From Leucoraja ocellata (Eukaryota), in contig JAWMAR010000392.1 of assembly GCA_036785375.1 (NCBI GenBank), positions 1,364,001-1,428,000 on the forward strand: a DNA stretch of 64,000 nucleotides. Direction: 5' to 3'. Of this stretch, positions 50,856 to 63,766 are shown one piece after another (the first letter of the stretch is position 1; each line of letters opens with the position of its first letter). Both the position numbers and the translations under genes were made by a program. The notes beneath the pieces are model-generated. The model worked only from the letters and a program-made list of their open reading frames with translations, did not search any database and had not been told where the DNA came from.

Positions 50856-52343
50856 CCGGTGCTACAACTCACCGTCGCCGTCGCGGGGCTGGCCGAGTCC
50901 GGAGCGGGTGGAGCGGTGGAGGAGCGCTGCTGCTGCTGCTGCTGCTGCTGCTGCGGCCCGACCGGAGAGTCAGAGGCTGCAACTGCGGGTCTGCGGACGG
51001 CGGCACCGGGAGCCCGCGGGTCCCTGGAGGGAGACCGCTTTTCAGGGCTCTCGCAACGGCGACTTCTCCCGCCCGAGTTGCGGGGTCGAAGAGCTCCTGG
51101 AGCGGGGCCTGACATCATCGCCCCGCGCGGCTTGGAATGGCCGCGGGACTCTGCGAGCGCACGCTGGGGGCTCTAACACCAAGACCCGGTGTGCGACCTC
51201 GCACCACCCGGCGTGGCTTTAATGGCCGCGGGACAATCGCTATCGCCAGCCGGGGGCTTTGACTTTGACTCTGACATCGGGGGGGGGGGGGGGGGGGGGG
51301 GGGGGAGAGTGCAGTGGAGAGATAAGCTTTTTTGGCCTTCCATCACAGCAATGTGATGGATGTTTATGTAAATTATGTTGTGTCTTGGGTCTATGTGTTT
51401 GTAATGTATGGCTGCAGAAACGGCATTTCGTTTGGACCTCAAGGGGTCCAAATGACAATTAAATGTATCTTGTATCTTGTATCCCTCCGTTGACTCCATC
51501 TACACTTCATGCTGCCTCGGCAAGGCCGCAAACACAATAAAAAAAACAGTCTCACCCCGGACACTCCCTCTTCTCATCTCTCCCATCACGCAAGACGTAC
51601 AGAATTCTGAAAATACACACCTTCAGCTTCAGAGACGGTTTCTTCCCAGTTGTTAGCAGGCAATTGGACCGTCCTCTCACTGACTCGAGAGGGTCCTGAC
51701 CTCCCATCTACCACATTGGAGACCATTGGACTATGTTTAATGGACTTTGTCAGTCTTTACCGTGCGCTTAAACGTTATTCCCGTTATCCTGCTGCGGGCG
51801 CAGCGTGTACTCTCGGTGTGGAGCGGGCGAACCCTCGCTGGGGCTCGCCGGAGGGGAGCGCTCCATTTCGCTGGCCCACGGCAGCCGGCAGCCTGAAGCC
51901 GCGGTCTGTAGATCTCAGCTGGCGTGGCGTCTGCAGCCCGGGATCTCACGTTGGGAACCTGGGGAGTAGAAGAAGCTTCCACCGCCGGCCCGCGGCCAAC
52001 TTCTACCGCGGACCCGGCGTGGACTTACCATCAGCCCTGGAGGGGATCTTCAACCGCCGGCCCTGCGGTCTGCGGTGCTTCTGGCTGCGGCATGGCGGGA
52101 CTTGAAATCTTCGACCGCTGGCCTGCGGCCTACACCAACCTGAAGCCCGGTCTACGGTGTGGAGGCACTAATTCAGGACTTACCTGGACTTACTTGTCTA
52201 CACATCTGGACACCCGCAGCAGCGGCTGTGGAGGGTTGAGGTCGCGACCACGGGGGAAAAGGAGGAGGACTGGCCAGTTTTGTGCCTTCCTCCAACAGTG
52301 ATGAATGCTGTGGTGGATGTTTGTGTTACGTTTTTATTGTGTA

Positions 52344-53342
52344 CTAGACTAAGTGGGACCCGTTGGGTCCCAGCATCACATAGAAACATAGAAACATAGG
52401 TGCAGGAGTAGGCCATTCGGCCCTTCGAGCCTGCACCGCCATTCATATGATCATGGCTGATCATCCAACTCAGTATCCCGTACCTGCCTTCTCTCCATAC
52501 CCCCTGATCCCCTTAGCCACAAGGGCCACATCTAACTCCCTCTTAAATATAGCCAATGAACTGGCCTCAACTACCCTCTGTGGCAGAGAGTTCCAGAGAT
52601 TCACCACTCTCTGTGTGAAAAAAGTTCTTCTCATCTCGGTTTTAAAGGATTTCCCCTTTATCCTTAAGCTGTGACCCCTTGTCCTGGACTTCCCTAACAT
52701 CGGGAACAATCTTCCTGCATCTAGCCTGTCCAAACCCCTTAAGAATTTTGTAAGTTTCTATAAGATCCCCTCTCATTCTTCTAAATTCTAGAGAGTATCA
52801 ACCAAGTCTATCCAGTCTTTCTTCATAAGACAGTCCTGACATCCCAGGAATCAGTCTGGTGAACCGTCTCTGCACTCCCTCTATGGCAATAATGTCCTTA
52901 ATCACACAGGAGGGCTGGTCACCAACGTAATATTCCACCTCTCCACCAATTCCAATACTGCTCGCCAGTGGGGTGGGGGTGGGGGGGCTGTCTGTTGCGC
53001 TAGTATGGGTGTTGCGGGCTGAAGGTACTGGTTTCCAGAGGGCTAGTATAGACATTGTGGCCGTTTCAACGATTCTAAAAGCCAAGCCTAGGCGAACAAT
53101 TAGGCTGCAGCCACCCGACAACCAAAATTCATTTTGTGAACACAAACTTGTAAAAAAAGGCGAGGGCAAAAATTGGGCTAAAAACATTAACATCTCTCCT
53201 CATTTTTCATCGACGGAAAAAATCCTCTGCACTCATATGGCGGAGGGGGGCTCTGAGCGAGGTGGCCAAAAATGACGGCGTTCTCTTGGAAATCGCAGCA
53301 CAGTCGGCCAAAGCGGTCAAGATCAGCGATTTATAATATAGA
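52344..53342 (-). mobile_element. Non-autonomous Helitron (about 480 bp net), interrupted by CR1-B (52378-52898)
   Basis: Minus strand starts TC and ends CTAG, hairpin GGGACCC-AAC-GGGTCCC 11 nt from the end, inserted between A and T without TSD; host sequence is continuous. Confidence 0.85.
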
Positions 53343-53934
53343 TTGTGTGTTCTTTATCTTTGTAGCTCTGCTGGTAAAATAATTTCACTTGCACTTTATG
53401 TGCAATGTGACGAATAAAACCGTATTTTATTGTATTGTACACTGTGGTCGGCTTGATTGCAATATGTTAACCATATAACCATATAACCATATAACAATTA
53501 CAGCACGGAAACAGGCCATCTCGGCCCTACAAGTCCGTGCCGAACAATTTTTTTTTCCCTAGTCCCACCTGCCTGCACTCATACCATAACCCTCCATTCC
53601 CTTCTCATCCATATGCCTATCCAATTTATTTTTAAATTATACCAATGTACCTGCCTCCACCACTTCCACTGGGAGCTCATTCCACACCGCCACCAGTCTC
53701 TGCATAAAGAAGTTCCCCCTCATATTACCCCTAAACTTCTGTCCCCTTAATTCTGAAGTCATGTCCTCTCGTTTGATTCTTCCCTATTCTCAAAGGGAAA
53801 GCTTGTCCACATCAACTCTGTTTCCCAGCTACTTCCTGGTGAGGATGTGACTATTCTCCGAGTCGTGTACTCGCCCTATCCCCCCCCCCCCCCCCCCCCC
53901 CACAACTGGATTGGCACGGCTTTTCCTGCCGGAG

Positions 53935-54552
53935 ACGAACCAGTTCTTCAGTGGCGGTGCAGCGCTGTATTTATTGCGCAGCGGCAATGCCTAACCTGGG
54001 ATCACCGTTTGAAGCTCCGAGTGTTGGGCCTGCTGCTTCAACATCGTGGAGCTGTGGTTTTGTGGAGCTTCCAGCCACGGGCGGCGCTGACTTCAACATT
54101 GTGGAGTCCTGGTGATCCTTTGCCGAGAGCCGCCAGTGTGAATCTCCGCCCAGCGCAGCCTGTGGACTTCTGGGGAGCCGCGGTCTCCGGTAGGACGTGG
54201 TCGATTGGGAAGTCCATGCTGCTGAGGATGTTCGTCCGTTCTGACGTCGGAGTTCCATCATCCCGGCGAGAGGGCCTGAACATCGGGCCGTCGGTAGCGG
54301 CGACTGAGGAGGGCTCGGGAGGCCCCAACCACGGATGAACAACAAAGAACATCGGAGGAAGATGACTGAACTTTGGTGCCTTCCCTCACAGTGGGAAACT
54401 TGATTCCACTGTGTGGGGATGTTTATGTTAAAGACTATCGTGTGTTGTGTTCTCTTTTTATTCGTGTGGCTGTATGGTAACCACAAATTTCACTGTACCA
54501 ATTGGTGTATGTGACAATAAATGTCTCCTGTCTTGTCTTGTCTTGTCTTGTC
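53935..54552 (+). mobile_element. GC-rich non-coding retroelement with (TCTTG)n tail; related element at about 51790-53440
   Basis: 3' ATTTCACTG...GTGACAATAAA hairpin plus microsatellite; shared GCCTTCC..CACAG hairpin. Confidence 0.65.
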
Positions 54553-55795
54553 AGTCTTCCCTTAAACTATCCAGCTGGCGTTGGAGAGAGTCCAAAGGAG
54601 GTTTACGAGAATGACCTGGGTGGGATGATTAGGTTATGGGATGTTTGTTCTGAAGAGCATTTGACAGCTCTGGGCCTCTACTCGCTGGAGTTCAGAAGGA
54701 TAAGGAGGAAACTGATTGAACTTACCAAATGGTGGCAAAAACGGGAAAGCAGACTATTATCTAAATGGTGGCCGATTGGGAAAGGGGGAGATGCAGCGAG
54801 ACCTGAGTGTCATGGTACACCTGTCATTGAAGGTAGCATGCAGGTGCAGCAGGCAGTAAAAAAAGGGAATGGTATGTTGGCTTTCATTGCAAAAGGATTT
54901 GAGTATAGGAGCAGGGAGGTTCTACTGCAGTTGTACAGGGTCTTGGTGAGACCACACCTGGAGTATTGCGTGCAGTTTTGGTCTCCAAATCTGAGGAAGG
55001 ACATTATTGCCATAGACGGAGTGAAGAAAGACTGGATAGACTTGGTTTATACTCTCTAGAATTTAGGAGATTGAGAGGGGATCTTATAGAAACTTACAAA
55101 ATTCTTAAGGGGTTGACAGGCTAGATGCAGGAAGATTGTTCCCGATGTTGGGGAAGTCCAGGACAAGGGGTCACAGCTTAAGGATAAGGGGAAATCCTTT
55201 AAAACCGAGATGAGAAGAATTGTTTTCACACAGAGAGTGGTGAATCTCTGGAACTCTCCTGCCACAGAGGGTAGTTGAGGCCAGTTCATTGGCTATATTT
55301 AAGAGGAGTTAGATGTGGCCCTTGTGGCTAAGGGGATCAGGGGGTATGAGAGAAGGCAGGTACGGGATACTGAGTTGATGATCAGCCATGATCATATTGA
55401 ATGGCGGTGCAGGATCGAAGGCCGAATGGCCTACTCCTGCACCTAATTTCTATGTTTCTAAATAATGAAAGGCCTGGATAGAGTGGACGTGCAGATGATG
55501 TTTCCACTGGTGGTGAGTTCAGAAACAAACGGCACGGCCTCAGAATCAAAGGATACCTTTAGAATGGAGATGAGGAGGAATTTCTTTAGCCAGAGGGTGT
55601 GAATCCATGGAATTGATTGCCATGGACGGATGTGGAGCCCATTATTGGGCATTTAAAAGCAGAGAGTGATAGGTTCTCGATTAGTAAGGCCATCAAAGGT
55701 TACGGGGAGAATGGGATTAAGTGGGCAAGGTAGATCAGTTATGAATGAATGGCCGAGCAGAATCGATGGGCCGAATTGCCTAATTCTACTTCTAT

Positions 55796-56418
55796 ACCAT
55801 ATAACCATATAACCATATAACCATATAACAATATACAGCACGGAAACAGGCCATCTCGACCCTTCTAGTCCGTGCCGAACACATAATCTCCCCTAGTCCC
55901 ATATACCTGCGCTCAGACCATAACCCTCCATTCCCTTCCCATCCATATAACTATCCAATTTATTTTTAAATGGTAAAAACGAACCTGCCTCCACCACCTT
56001 CACTGGAAGCTCATTCCACACAGCTACCACTCTCTGAGTAAAGAAGTTCCCCCTCATGTTACCCCTAAACTTCAGTCCCTTAATTCTCATGTCATGTCCC
56101 CTTGTTTGAATCTTCCCTACTCTCAGTGGGAAAAGCTTTTCCACGTCAACTCTGTCTATCCCTCTCATCATTTTAAAAACCTCTATCAAGTCCCCCTTAA
56201 CCTTCTGCGCTCCAAAGAATAAAGCCCTAACTTGTTCAACCCTTTCTCTGTAACTTAGTTGCTGAAACCCAGGCAACATTCTAGTAAATCTCCTCTGTAC
56301 TCTCTCTATTTTGTTGACATCCTTCCTATAATTAGGCGACCAAAATTGTACACCATACTCCAGAATTGGCCTCACCAATGCCTTGTACAATTTTAACATT
56401 ACATCCCAACTTCTATAC
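55796..56418 (-). mobile_element. CR1-A2 copy
   Basis: ORF 55893-56399 with compensating indels. Confidence 0.93.
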
Positions 56419-59400
56419 CTTATGAACTTATCTACAAAAATCCACTTCTACCAGCTCCTGTTGGGGGGCAGTTCCAAACCCTCACTGCGCTTGCAGATAG
56501 TGAAGATGGATGTGAAAGATTGCAGCAGGATCTTGATAGATTGGCCAGGGGCTGAAGAATGGTTGATGGAATTTAATACAGAGAAATGTTGAGATGTTGC
56601 ATTTTGGGACGTCGAACAAGGGCAGTGAACGTTAGGCCTCTGGGGAAGTGTTGTGGAGCAGAGGGATCTAGGAGCACAGGTGCATGGTTCCTTCAAGGTA
56701 GAGTCGCAGGTAGATAAGTTGTCAAAAGGCGTTTGGCACTTTGGCCTTCATCAGTCAGAGTATTGAGTAGCGAAGTTGGGAGGTCATGTTGCAGTTGTAT
56801 AAGATGTTGGTGAGACCGCATTTAGAATATTGTGTTCAAGAAGGAACTGCAGATGCTGGAAATTCGAAGGGACACAAAAATGCTGGAGAAACTCAGCGGG
56901 TGCAGCAGCATCTATGGAGCGAAGGAAATAGGTGACGTTTCGGGCCGAAACCCTTCTTCAGACTGATATTGATATTAGAATATTGTGTTCTGGGCACCAC
57001 GTTATAGGAAAGGTATTGTCAAGCTTGAAAGGGTTCAGAGATGATTTACGAGGATGTTGCCAGGAATAGAGGGTGTGAGCTATAGGGAGAGGTTGAGTAG
57101 GCTGGGTCTCTATTCTTTGGAGCGCAGGAGGATGAGGGGTGATCTTATTGAGTTGCATAAAATCATGAGAGGAATAGATCGGGTAGATGCACAGAGTCTC
57201 TTGCCCAGAGTGGGGGAATCAAGGACCAGAGGACATAGGTTCAAGATGAAGGGGAAAGGATTCAATAGGAATCTGCGGGGTAACTTTTTCACACTGTGGG
57301 TGGTGGGTGTATGGAACAAGCTGCCAGAGGAGGTAGTTGAGGCTGGGAATATCCCAACGTTTAAGAAATAGTTATACAGGTACATGGATAGGACAGGTTT
57401 GGAGGCATATAGAAACATAGAAACATAGAAATTAGGTGCAGGAGTAGGCCATTCGGCCCTTCGAGCCTGCACCGCCATTCAATATGATCATGGCTGATCA
57501 TCCAACTCAGTATCCCGTACCTGCCTTCTCTCCATACCCCTGATCCCCTTAGCCACAAGGGCCACATCTAACTCCCTCTTAAATATAGCCAATGAACTGG
57601 CCTCAACTACCCTCTGTGGCAGAGAGTTCCAGAGATTCACCACTCTCTGTGTGAAAAAAGTTCTCCTCATCTCGGTTTTAAGGATTTCCCCCTTATCCTT
57701 AAGCTGTGACCCTTATCCTGGACTTCCCTAACATCGGGAACAATCTTCCTGCATCTAGCCTGTCCAACCCCTTAAGAATTTTGTAAGTTTCTATAAGATC
57801 CCCTCTCAATCTTCTAAATTCTAGAGAGTATAACCCAAGGATGGACCAAGCACAGGCAGGTGGGACTAGTGTAGCTGGGACATGTTGGCTGGTGTGGGCT
57901 AGTTGGGCCGAAGGGCCTGTTTCCACACTGTATCACTCTGTGACTTTGATTCTTGTGGGTTATGGATTTCTGCTAAATTTGCAACCGCATTTGCTGCTGC
58001 ACGCGATTCAGTGACGGCTTCTATTTATACACTTCTCACATTTGGAAATCACACTGTCAAAGCATTTAATTTTAATTTAGGTTAGAGATACAGTGTGGAA
58101 GCAGGCCTTTCCTCACCTCAATACTAAATGGCCTACCCCCAATTCTTAAACTGTGACCCCTGGTTCTGGACTCCCCCAACATCAGGAACATGTTTCAACG
58201 CATCTAGCCTGTCCAATCCTTTAAGAACGTTATATGTTTCTATAAGATACCCTCTCATCCTTTCTAAATTCCACTGAATACAAGCCCAGTCGACTCATTC
58301 TTTCATCATATGTCAGTGCCGTAATCGCGGGAATTAACCTGGTGAACATGCGCTGTACTTCCTCAATAGCAATAATGTTCTTCCTCAAATTACGAGACCA
58401 AAATTGCACACAATACTCCAGGTGCAGTCTCACCAGGGCCCTGTACAACTACAGTAGGACCTCCTTGCTCCTAAACTCAAAACCTCTTGCAATGAAGGCC
58501 AACATTGAATGAGCTTTCTTCACTGCCTGCTGCGACTTACTTTCAGTGACTGGTGTAAAAGGACACGCAGGTCTCGTGCACTTCCCCTTTTCTTATATCT
58601 GACATCATTCAGATAATAATCTGCCTTGTTCTTACCACCTCACAATTATCCACATTAAACTGCATCTGCCATGCATCTTCCCCCCTCACCCAACCTATCC
58701 AAGTCACCCTGCAGCCTCATAGCATCCTCCTCACAGCTCACACTACCCCCCAGCTTTGTTTCATCCACAAACTTGAGATGTTACATTTAATTCCTTCGTC
58801 TAAATAACCATATAACCATATAACAATTACAGCACGGAAACAGGCCATCTCGACCCTTCTAGTCCATGCCGAACACATAATCTCCCCTAGTCCCATATAC
58901 CTGCGCTCAGACCATACCCTCCATTCCCTTCCCATCCATATAACTATCCAATTTATTTTTAAATGATAAAAACGAACCTGCCTTCACCACCTTCACTGGA
59001 AGCTCATTCCACACCGCTACCACTCTCTGAGTAAAGAAGTTCCCCTCATGTTACCCTAAACGTCAGTCCCTTAATTCTCAAGTCATGTCCCCTTGTTGAA
59101 TCTTCCCTACTCTCAGTGGGAAAAGCTTTTCCACGTCAACTCTGTCTATCCTCTCATCATTTTAAAAACCTCTATCAAGTCCCCCCTTAACCTTCTGCGC
59201 TCCAAAGAATAAAGCCCTAACTTGTTCAACCTTTCTCTGTAACGTTCAACCTTTCTCTGTAACTATAAATCGTTAATATATATTGTAAATAACTGGGGTC
59301 CCAGCACTGCTCCTTGCGACACCCCACTAGTCACTGCCTGCGATCCCGTATAGGACCCGTTAATTCCTACTCTTTACTTCCTGTCTGCCAACCAGTTCTC

Positions 59401-59532
59401 TATTCATGTCAATACCCAACCGCCAATAACATGTGCTCTAATTTTGCACACTAATCTCTTTGTGTGGGACCTTGCCAAAGGGTTTTTGAAAGTCCAGATA
59501 CACCACATCCACTGGTTCTCACTTATCCATTC

Positions 59533-60620
59533 TGGCAAACAGGAAGCAAAGAGTAGGAGTAAACGGGTCCTTTTCACAATGGCAGGCAGTGACTAGTGGG
59601 GTACCGCAAGGCTCAGTGCTGGGACCCCAGCTATTTACAATATATATTAATGATCTGGATGAGGGAATTGAAGGCAATATCTCCAAGTTTGCGGATGACA
59701 CGAAGCTGGGGGGCAGTGTTAGCTATGAGGAGGATGCTAGGAGACTGCAAGGTGACTTGGATAGGCTGGGTGAGTGGGCAAATGTTTGGCAGATGCAGTA
59801 TAATGTGGATAAATGTGAGGTTATCCATTTTGGTGGCAAAAACAGGAAAGCAGACTATTATCTAAATGTGGCTGAGTGGGAAAGGGGGAGATGCAGCGAG
59901 ACCTGGGTGTCATGGTACACCAGTCATTGAAGGTAGGCATGCAGGTGCAGTAGGCAGTAAAGAAAGCGAATGGTATGTTTAGCTTTCATTGCAAAAGGAT
60001 TGAGTATAGGAGCAGAGGTTCTACTGCAGTTGTACAGGGTCTTGGTGAGACCACACCTGGAGTATTGCGTACAGTTTTGGTCTCCAAATCTGAGGAAGGA
60101 CATTATTGCCATAGAGGAGTGCAGAGACGGTTCACCAGACTGATTCCTGGGATGTCAGGACTGTCTTATGAAGAAAGACTGGACAGACTTGGTTTATACT
60201 CTCTAGAATTTAGAAGATTGAGAGGGGATCTTATAGAAACTTACAAAATTCTTAGGGGTTGGACAGGCTAGATGCAGGTAGATTGTTCCCGATGTTAGGG
60301 AAGTCCAGGACAAGGGGTCACGGCTTAAGGATAAAGGGGACATCCTTTAAAACCGAGATGAGAAGAACTTTTCTCACGCAGAGAGTGGTGAATCTCCTGG
60401 AATTCTCTGCCACAGAGGGTAATTGAGGCCAGTTCATTGGCTATATTTAAGAGGGAGTTAGATGTGGCCCTTGTGGCTAAGGGGATCAGAGGGTATGGAG
60501 AGAAGGCAGGTACGGGATACTGAGTTGGATGATCAGCCATGATCATATTGAATGGCGGTGCAGGCTCGAAGGGCCGAATGGCCTACTCCTGCACCTAATT
60601 TCTATGTTTCTATGTTTCTA
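59533..60620 (+). mobile_element. Long CR1-B copy with several indels
   Basis: RT core ORF 59589-59930; family B tail. Confidence 0.93.
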
Positions 60621-60824
60621 TTAAACTGCAGGGCCGTCTCTGGATTGGCGGGTGACTTTTGCCCTCTAACCCATGCTGTCTTTCACTGGCAAAGGTCCTT
60701 TAGTAACTTGTCAGTTTCTTTGTTGAACTAAATTACGGCGTATGCTGCAATCAAAAGCGTTGAACAATGGTTGGGAAGAAAGCCAAACTGTAAGAAAGAC
60801 ACTGCGCCTCCTTTGCCAGTGAAA

Positions 60825-61024
60825 NNNNNNNNNNNNNNNNNNNNNNNNNNNNNNNNNNNNNNNNNNNNNNNNNNNNNNNNNNNNNNNNNNNNNNNNNNNN
60901 NNNNNNNNNNNNNNNNNNNNNNNNNNNNNNNNNNNNNNNNNNNNNNNNNNNNNNNNNNNNNNNNNNNNNNNNNNNNNNNNNNNNNNNNNNNNNNNNNNNN
61001 NNNNNNNNNNNNNNNNNNNNNNNN
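60825..61024. other. Assembly gap (200 N)
   Basis: Run of N. Confidence 1.
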
Positions 61025-62202
61025 GACACATAGAAACATAGAAATTAAGTGCAGGAGTAGGACATTCGGCCCTTCGAGCCTGCACCGCCATTCAATATGA
61101 TCATGGCTGATCATCCAGCTCAGTATCCTGTACCCGCCTTCTCTCCATACCCCCTCATCCCTTTAGCCACAAGGGCCACATCTAACTCCCTCTTAAATAT
61201 AGCCAATGAACTGGCCTCAACTACCATATAACAATTACAGCACGGAAACAGGCCATCTCGACCCTTCTAGTCCGTGCCGAACACATAATCTCCCCTAGTC
61301 CCATATACCTGCGCTCAGACCATAACCCTCCATTCCCTTCCCATCCATATAACTATCCAATTTATTTTTAAATGATAAAAACGAACCTGCCTCCACCACC
61401 TTCAATGGAAGCTCATTCCACACAGCTACCTTCTGTGGCAGAGAGTTCCAGAGACTCACCACTATCTGTGTGAAAAATGTTTCCCTCATCTCAGTACTAA
61501 AGGATTTCCCCTTTATCCTTAAACTGTGTCCCGCTTGTCCTGGACTTCCACAACATCGGGAACAATCTGCCTGCATCAGACAAATGCAATTCAGGACTTT
61601 TCTCTTCACAAGCAAAGTCAGAATGACGGTTAGTGAAGAATTCGAATAATTTCTGATATGGCAACAATGTATTTGAGCATTGGGTATTGTGACATCACAC
61701 GATGGAATGTTCACCAAGGGCTGGGGTCCTGCAAAGGCATATGTAAATGCATCCATTCCGATTGGACATCTGTGAGCATCAGGCATTGTGACATCACACG
61801 ATGGAACGTTCACTGAGGGGCTGGGGCTGGTGCTGCTTCTGTGGGTGAGAAGCCAGTTTATTTTTGAAATGAAAATACCCTTTGGGGTGAATGTTGAACT
61901 GGTGGCAATTTTCCTATTATGAATTGTATTTTGTATCCACTAATGCCATTGAGTATATAGAAACATAGAAATTAGGTGCAGGAGTAGGCCATTCGGCCCT
62001 TCGAGCCTGCACCGCCATTCAATATGATCATGGCTGATCATCCAACTCAGTATCCCGTACCTGCCTTCTCTCCATACCCCCTGATCCCCTTAGCCACAAG
62101 GGCCACATCTAACTCCCTCTTAAATATAGCCAATGAACTGGCCTCAACTACCCTCTGTGGCAGAGAGTTCCAGAGATTCACCACTCTCTGTGTGAAAAAA
62201 GA

Positions 62203-63766
62203 GATATACTGATCACTCGTGATAGACTCCCATGCTTCTTTAAACTGGTGTAATCTCCCCCCTGTTAGTATTAAGCCCCTACTTTCTATATGCTGGTAGG
62301 AACCATGGTTATGGGTATTTCCTCTGGTTCCCGCCGGTCCAACGAGGCTTGCGCTTGTCTGACGTGGCATTGACGTTGGGGGGTGGCGCATTTTCCATGG
62401 GGTCCGCTCTGGGCCCTGGTCTAAAAAAGACTTACGGTGATAGAATGCGGACCCCGAGCTTTCACCAGTCCCATATGGTAGACGTCGACTGGTGGACGCG
62501 ACGGGGTGCTGCCACTTGGTGTTTATTGTTCTTGGTTTGCTCGTCCCGGGCCCTGCCTTCATGAGACCGAAAGTTTTTGAGGCCTCTTCCATATCCTTCA
62601 TTCGCTTAGTGAGGTCATTGCCAAAGAGCAGTATGGCTGGCTCAGTGGCTGGGGTTTTGCACAACCCCGCAAATTTAGGATTGATGGCAGGTCTTATTAT
62701 TTCTTTACGCAGGTTGTTGATTTCAAATTGTGTATTGCACAACAGCGCGAGAGTATCTTGTTGATTGGTGGTCATGTCGGTGTTGTCCATGGAACGAGCA
62801 AACAAAGTGATGGCTGACGTCAAGAGCCTGAGGATCCGCTGCAGTTTTAGCTCCTGATGTTGGATGTTTGCCCCAACGTGCCCCCAGATTTGCAGTAGGC
62901 ACTTTGAGGGACTTACAGTTCTCTGGAGCTGTATATGTTTCTAAAGTCTCATTGACCACCTGCTTTTGTAGGGCACTGTTGGAGAGGTGGTTGATGCTGG
63001 CCGCTAGTTTGGCCTCTAACGGTCTTCCTGCACGTGGGGTTGCCACGTAGCGGTTCACCACACCCAGCAGCTCTTCCTGTTCCTGCACACCTTGCATACT
63101 CCCGAGATCTTCAGCCATCGTCCCCTCTTCTTGACCAGCCCAGTCCTGGTCACCAAAGCTACCCTCGGGTAAGGAGGAAGCAATGGACAGTGCACAAGGC
63201 ACTGTGGAGGGAGTGTGCCTGACCTCCCCCTGCGAGAGCGCCCCTCACGAGGCGCATCTCACAGGAGCACCTGCTCCAGGAGCCGCTCCAGCGGCTCAGG
63301 CGGCTGTCTCTCCCCCGCCCGGGTGGAGAGACGTCCCCGTCCGATGTGTCGGAAACCACCGGCCGGACCCTTTTCCTGGTAGCTTTACATCCAGCCCGCT
63401 GCTCAGGCGCTAGCGTGGCTGGGCTCGGCAAGGTGTCGGGAATAGCGGAGCGCTCGGTAAGCGGTCCTACCGCCTGTTGCTGCCCCCCCCCCCCCCCCCG
63501 ATGGAACGCTCTTCTGGTGGAGTCGAACGGGGGACAGATTTCTTTGAGAGCCTTTTCTTGGATATACTCATTCTGAAAGCAAAATCAGACGGCTCTCCTT
63601 TCGCAAGTAAAGCCGACCTCAGTTTAACTTACCTGACGGTCCGTCTTTTAAATTGCAGCGGGAGCGCCTGACTCCCGCTGTAGCCGCTGTTGCACTGCTG
63701 GCGTAATGTCGCGCATGCGTGCTGAGTGGGTTCTTCACGTAGTCACTCACGTGACTCCGAAGTAAA
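62203..63766 (-). mobile_element. DIRS1-like tyrosine-recombinase retrotransposon, 5' half (gag-like ORF1 and start of RT), truncated at a CR1-B
   Basis: ...QFEINNLRKEIIRPAINPKFAGLC...LLFGNDL (DIRS ORF1 pattern) and GGRLHQFKEAWESITSDQY (DIRS pol N-terminus); frameshifted. Confidence 0.78.

Noticed and set aside
45900-60620. Higher indel density in CR1 copies as biological decay
   Set aside because: Mostly single-base homopolymer indels increasing toward the gap, more consistent with consensus error.
60677-60824. Inverted repeat TTTCACTGGCAAAGG abutting the gap
   Set aside because: Cut by the N run, so it cannot be delimited or distinguished from a contig-end artefact.
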